A stretch of DNA of 33,228 nucleotides. Source: Trichomonas gallinae (lineage: Eukaryota). Below are positions 31,774 to 33,228 of this stretch, piece after piece. How positions within the stretch are numbered: the first letter of the stretch is position 1; each line of letters opens with the position of its first letter. The DNA lies in contig MRSU01001333.1 of NCBI GenBank assembly GCA_008369845.1, forward strand, positions 1 to 33,228, in the 5' to 3' direction. A program made the translations under genes and the position numbers. Under the pieces are notes generated by a model. That model was not told the DNA's origin, searched no databases, and was given only the letters and a program-made list of their open reading frames with translations.

Positions 31774-32098
31774 ATGTCAGAATTATAAATGGTTTACATT
31801 TAAGGTTAAATAATTAAGGTTAAAATTAAACAAAGATTTGCAAAATTGATCAAGAAGAAACAATATTATTATAATGAAAGCCTCAGACTCAGACACTGCA
31901 TTCATAAAGGTCAATACAATGTTTCAGCCTTGAAATTTCGTAACAAATATTCTATTGATTACGCAAAGAAAGCTTTCTGAGTATATATAATTATAGTGTG
32001 TCAAATGTGAAATTTAATGGATTACAATGTCAGAATTATAAAAGGAGGATTAATTTAAGGTTAATAATTAAGGTTAAAATAACAAAAATTTTTGACAA
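31774..32098. repeat. Dispersed ~70-bp direct repeat carrying paired TAAGGTTAA motifs
   Basis: atgtcagaattataaa...ttaaggttaa(a)taattaaggttaaaat..acaaa.attt at 31774-31845 and 32027-32098. Confidence 0.85.
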
Positions 32099-32113
32099 AG
32101 GTGACAAATATCC

Positions 32114-33088
32114 ATGGATCTTGGAGCGACCAAAACCAATGTTGCGAGCTTTGAGTCTGATGTCACACTTGTTAGAAAAGTAAAGAGATCTTTATGCATT
32201 ATACAGGATAATAGATTAATGCTTTGTGCGCCATTTTCATTAAATCGCGCATTAACAGGTATACATTATGCATCATATGAACATTCATGCAAGATTATGG
32301 ATGTAACTTATATCCTTTCTACCGCAGAATTTGTGGAAAATCCATATTATGATGATTCAAGAGGATATCCAACAGAAACAATGATATTAATTTATGATTC
32401 AACGCTCACTTTCTTTATTTTGGATCCAGCACGACAAGTAATACAGACATCCTTCAAGATCGCAGAGCATGATCGAGTGATATCATTTTGCGGCTCTCCA
32501 GTCAAGCTGAATGAGTTTGTTATATTGACGCCTACGGAGATTTGCGTCTATACAGTTGACCATGAGATGGCAGACCAAGTATTTTCATCACCATTCAGAG
32601 CAAGAAGAGTAATTCCATTTGGAACTTACTACACACTTCTTTCTAACGAAGATGTTACTGTTTTCGATGGAGCAAACTTCAGGAAGTATTATAAAGGCGA
32701 TGAAATTGATGGATTCGTTATTTCCGATGATGATATTATTATTTCAAGTAATGACATTTCCCATGGAGCCCAGAGCAGTGTGTTCCAAAGGATAACTGGT
32801 GGTTCCATTAAAAACTCAATTGGAATGAGAAAAGTTTATGAAAATTTATGGGACGTCGCAAATGGCTGGGTTGTCACAATGGTTAGAACTGGCAGCCTTG
32901 CTCTAGCTAATATTGATCATCCAAGATCAAGGGCATTGATTAAAACACAAACACAAATTGAAAATCCAAGATGGCTCTTTGCTGGGGTAATGCCTCAAGA
33001 ATATGCTCTTGGTGTTGTCGTTATCGGCTCAAATAAGATTGAAACATATCAAATTCCACTTGATTCTCTTAAGAAGTTGATTTCATAA
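32114..33088 (+). CDS. Hypothetical protein, probable divergent beta-propeller (324 aa)
   Basis: ATG-initiated ORF of short alternating hydrophobic beta-strands (e.g. EFVILTPTEICVYTV, GVVVIGSNKIETYQIP). The length fits a 7-bladed propeller; the fold is inferred. Confidence 0.8.
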   Translation: MDLGATKTNVASFESDVTLVRKVKRSLCIIQDNRLMLCAPFSLNRALTGIHYASYEHSCKIMDVTYILSTAEFVENPYYDDSRGYPTETMILIYDSTLTFFILDPARQVIQTSFKIAEHDRVISFCGSPVKLNEFVILTPTEICVYTVDHEMADQVFSSPFRARRVIPFGTYYTLLSNEDVTVFDGANFRKYYKGDEIDGFVISDDDIIISSNDISHGAQSSVFQRITGGSIKNSIGMRKVYENLWDVANGWVVTMVRTGSLALANIDHPRSRALIKTQTQIENPRWLFAGVMPQEYALGVVVIGSNKIETYQIPLDSLKKLIS

Positions 33089-33228
33089 TTGATTCACTTA
33101 GATATATTATTATGTTATGTATGTAAATATATTTTTCAATGTATTTTGTAAATGTACTTCAACTGAAAATACGTTATTTTACGACCCTAAAATTTGATCT
33201 CGGGGTAATACATGCGCTTCTTTTATGC

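Overview
AT-rich eukaryotic DNA, most consistent with a parabasalid protist (Trichomonas vaginalis or a close relative). This is inferred from compact, almost intronless genes, TCAyT initiator-like elements just upstream of ATGs, a short R2R3-Myb, 'TVPGIDIN'-type ankyrin repeats and a 25-nt spliceosomal intron ending CTAACAAACAG. About 16 protein genes are present: R2R3-Myb, two long coiled-coil proteins, an alpha-solenoid protein, an NTF2-like protein, an Asteroid/FAM120-like PIN-fold protein, a divergent PP2A B56 subunit, a shortened STI1/Hop-like TPR protein, a ubiquitin-like-domain protein, an LRR protein with a long disordered tail, a probable beta-propeller and several hypothetical proteins. 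There are two ankyrin pseudogenes and other decayed coding remnants. No rRNA, tRNA, CRISPR array or intact transposon was recognised. The most notable items are: (1) a 25-nt intron, missed by the ORF track, that restores a 123-aa NTF2-like gene; (2) a recurrent 11-bp intergenic element TG(A/T)CATGTAAA, often as 11-3-11 palindromes clustered near gene starts; (3) an LRR gene whose frame opens at ACG, with no ATG ahead of the first repeats; (4) apparent loss of functional residues in the B56 and PIN-fold proteins. All family assignments come from motif recognition by eye, not database searches.
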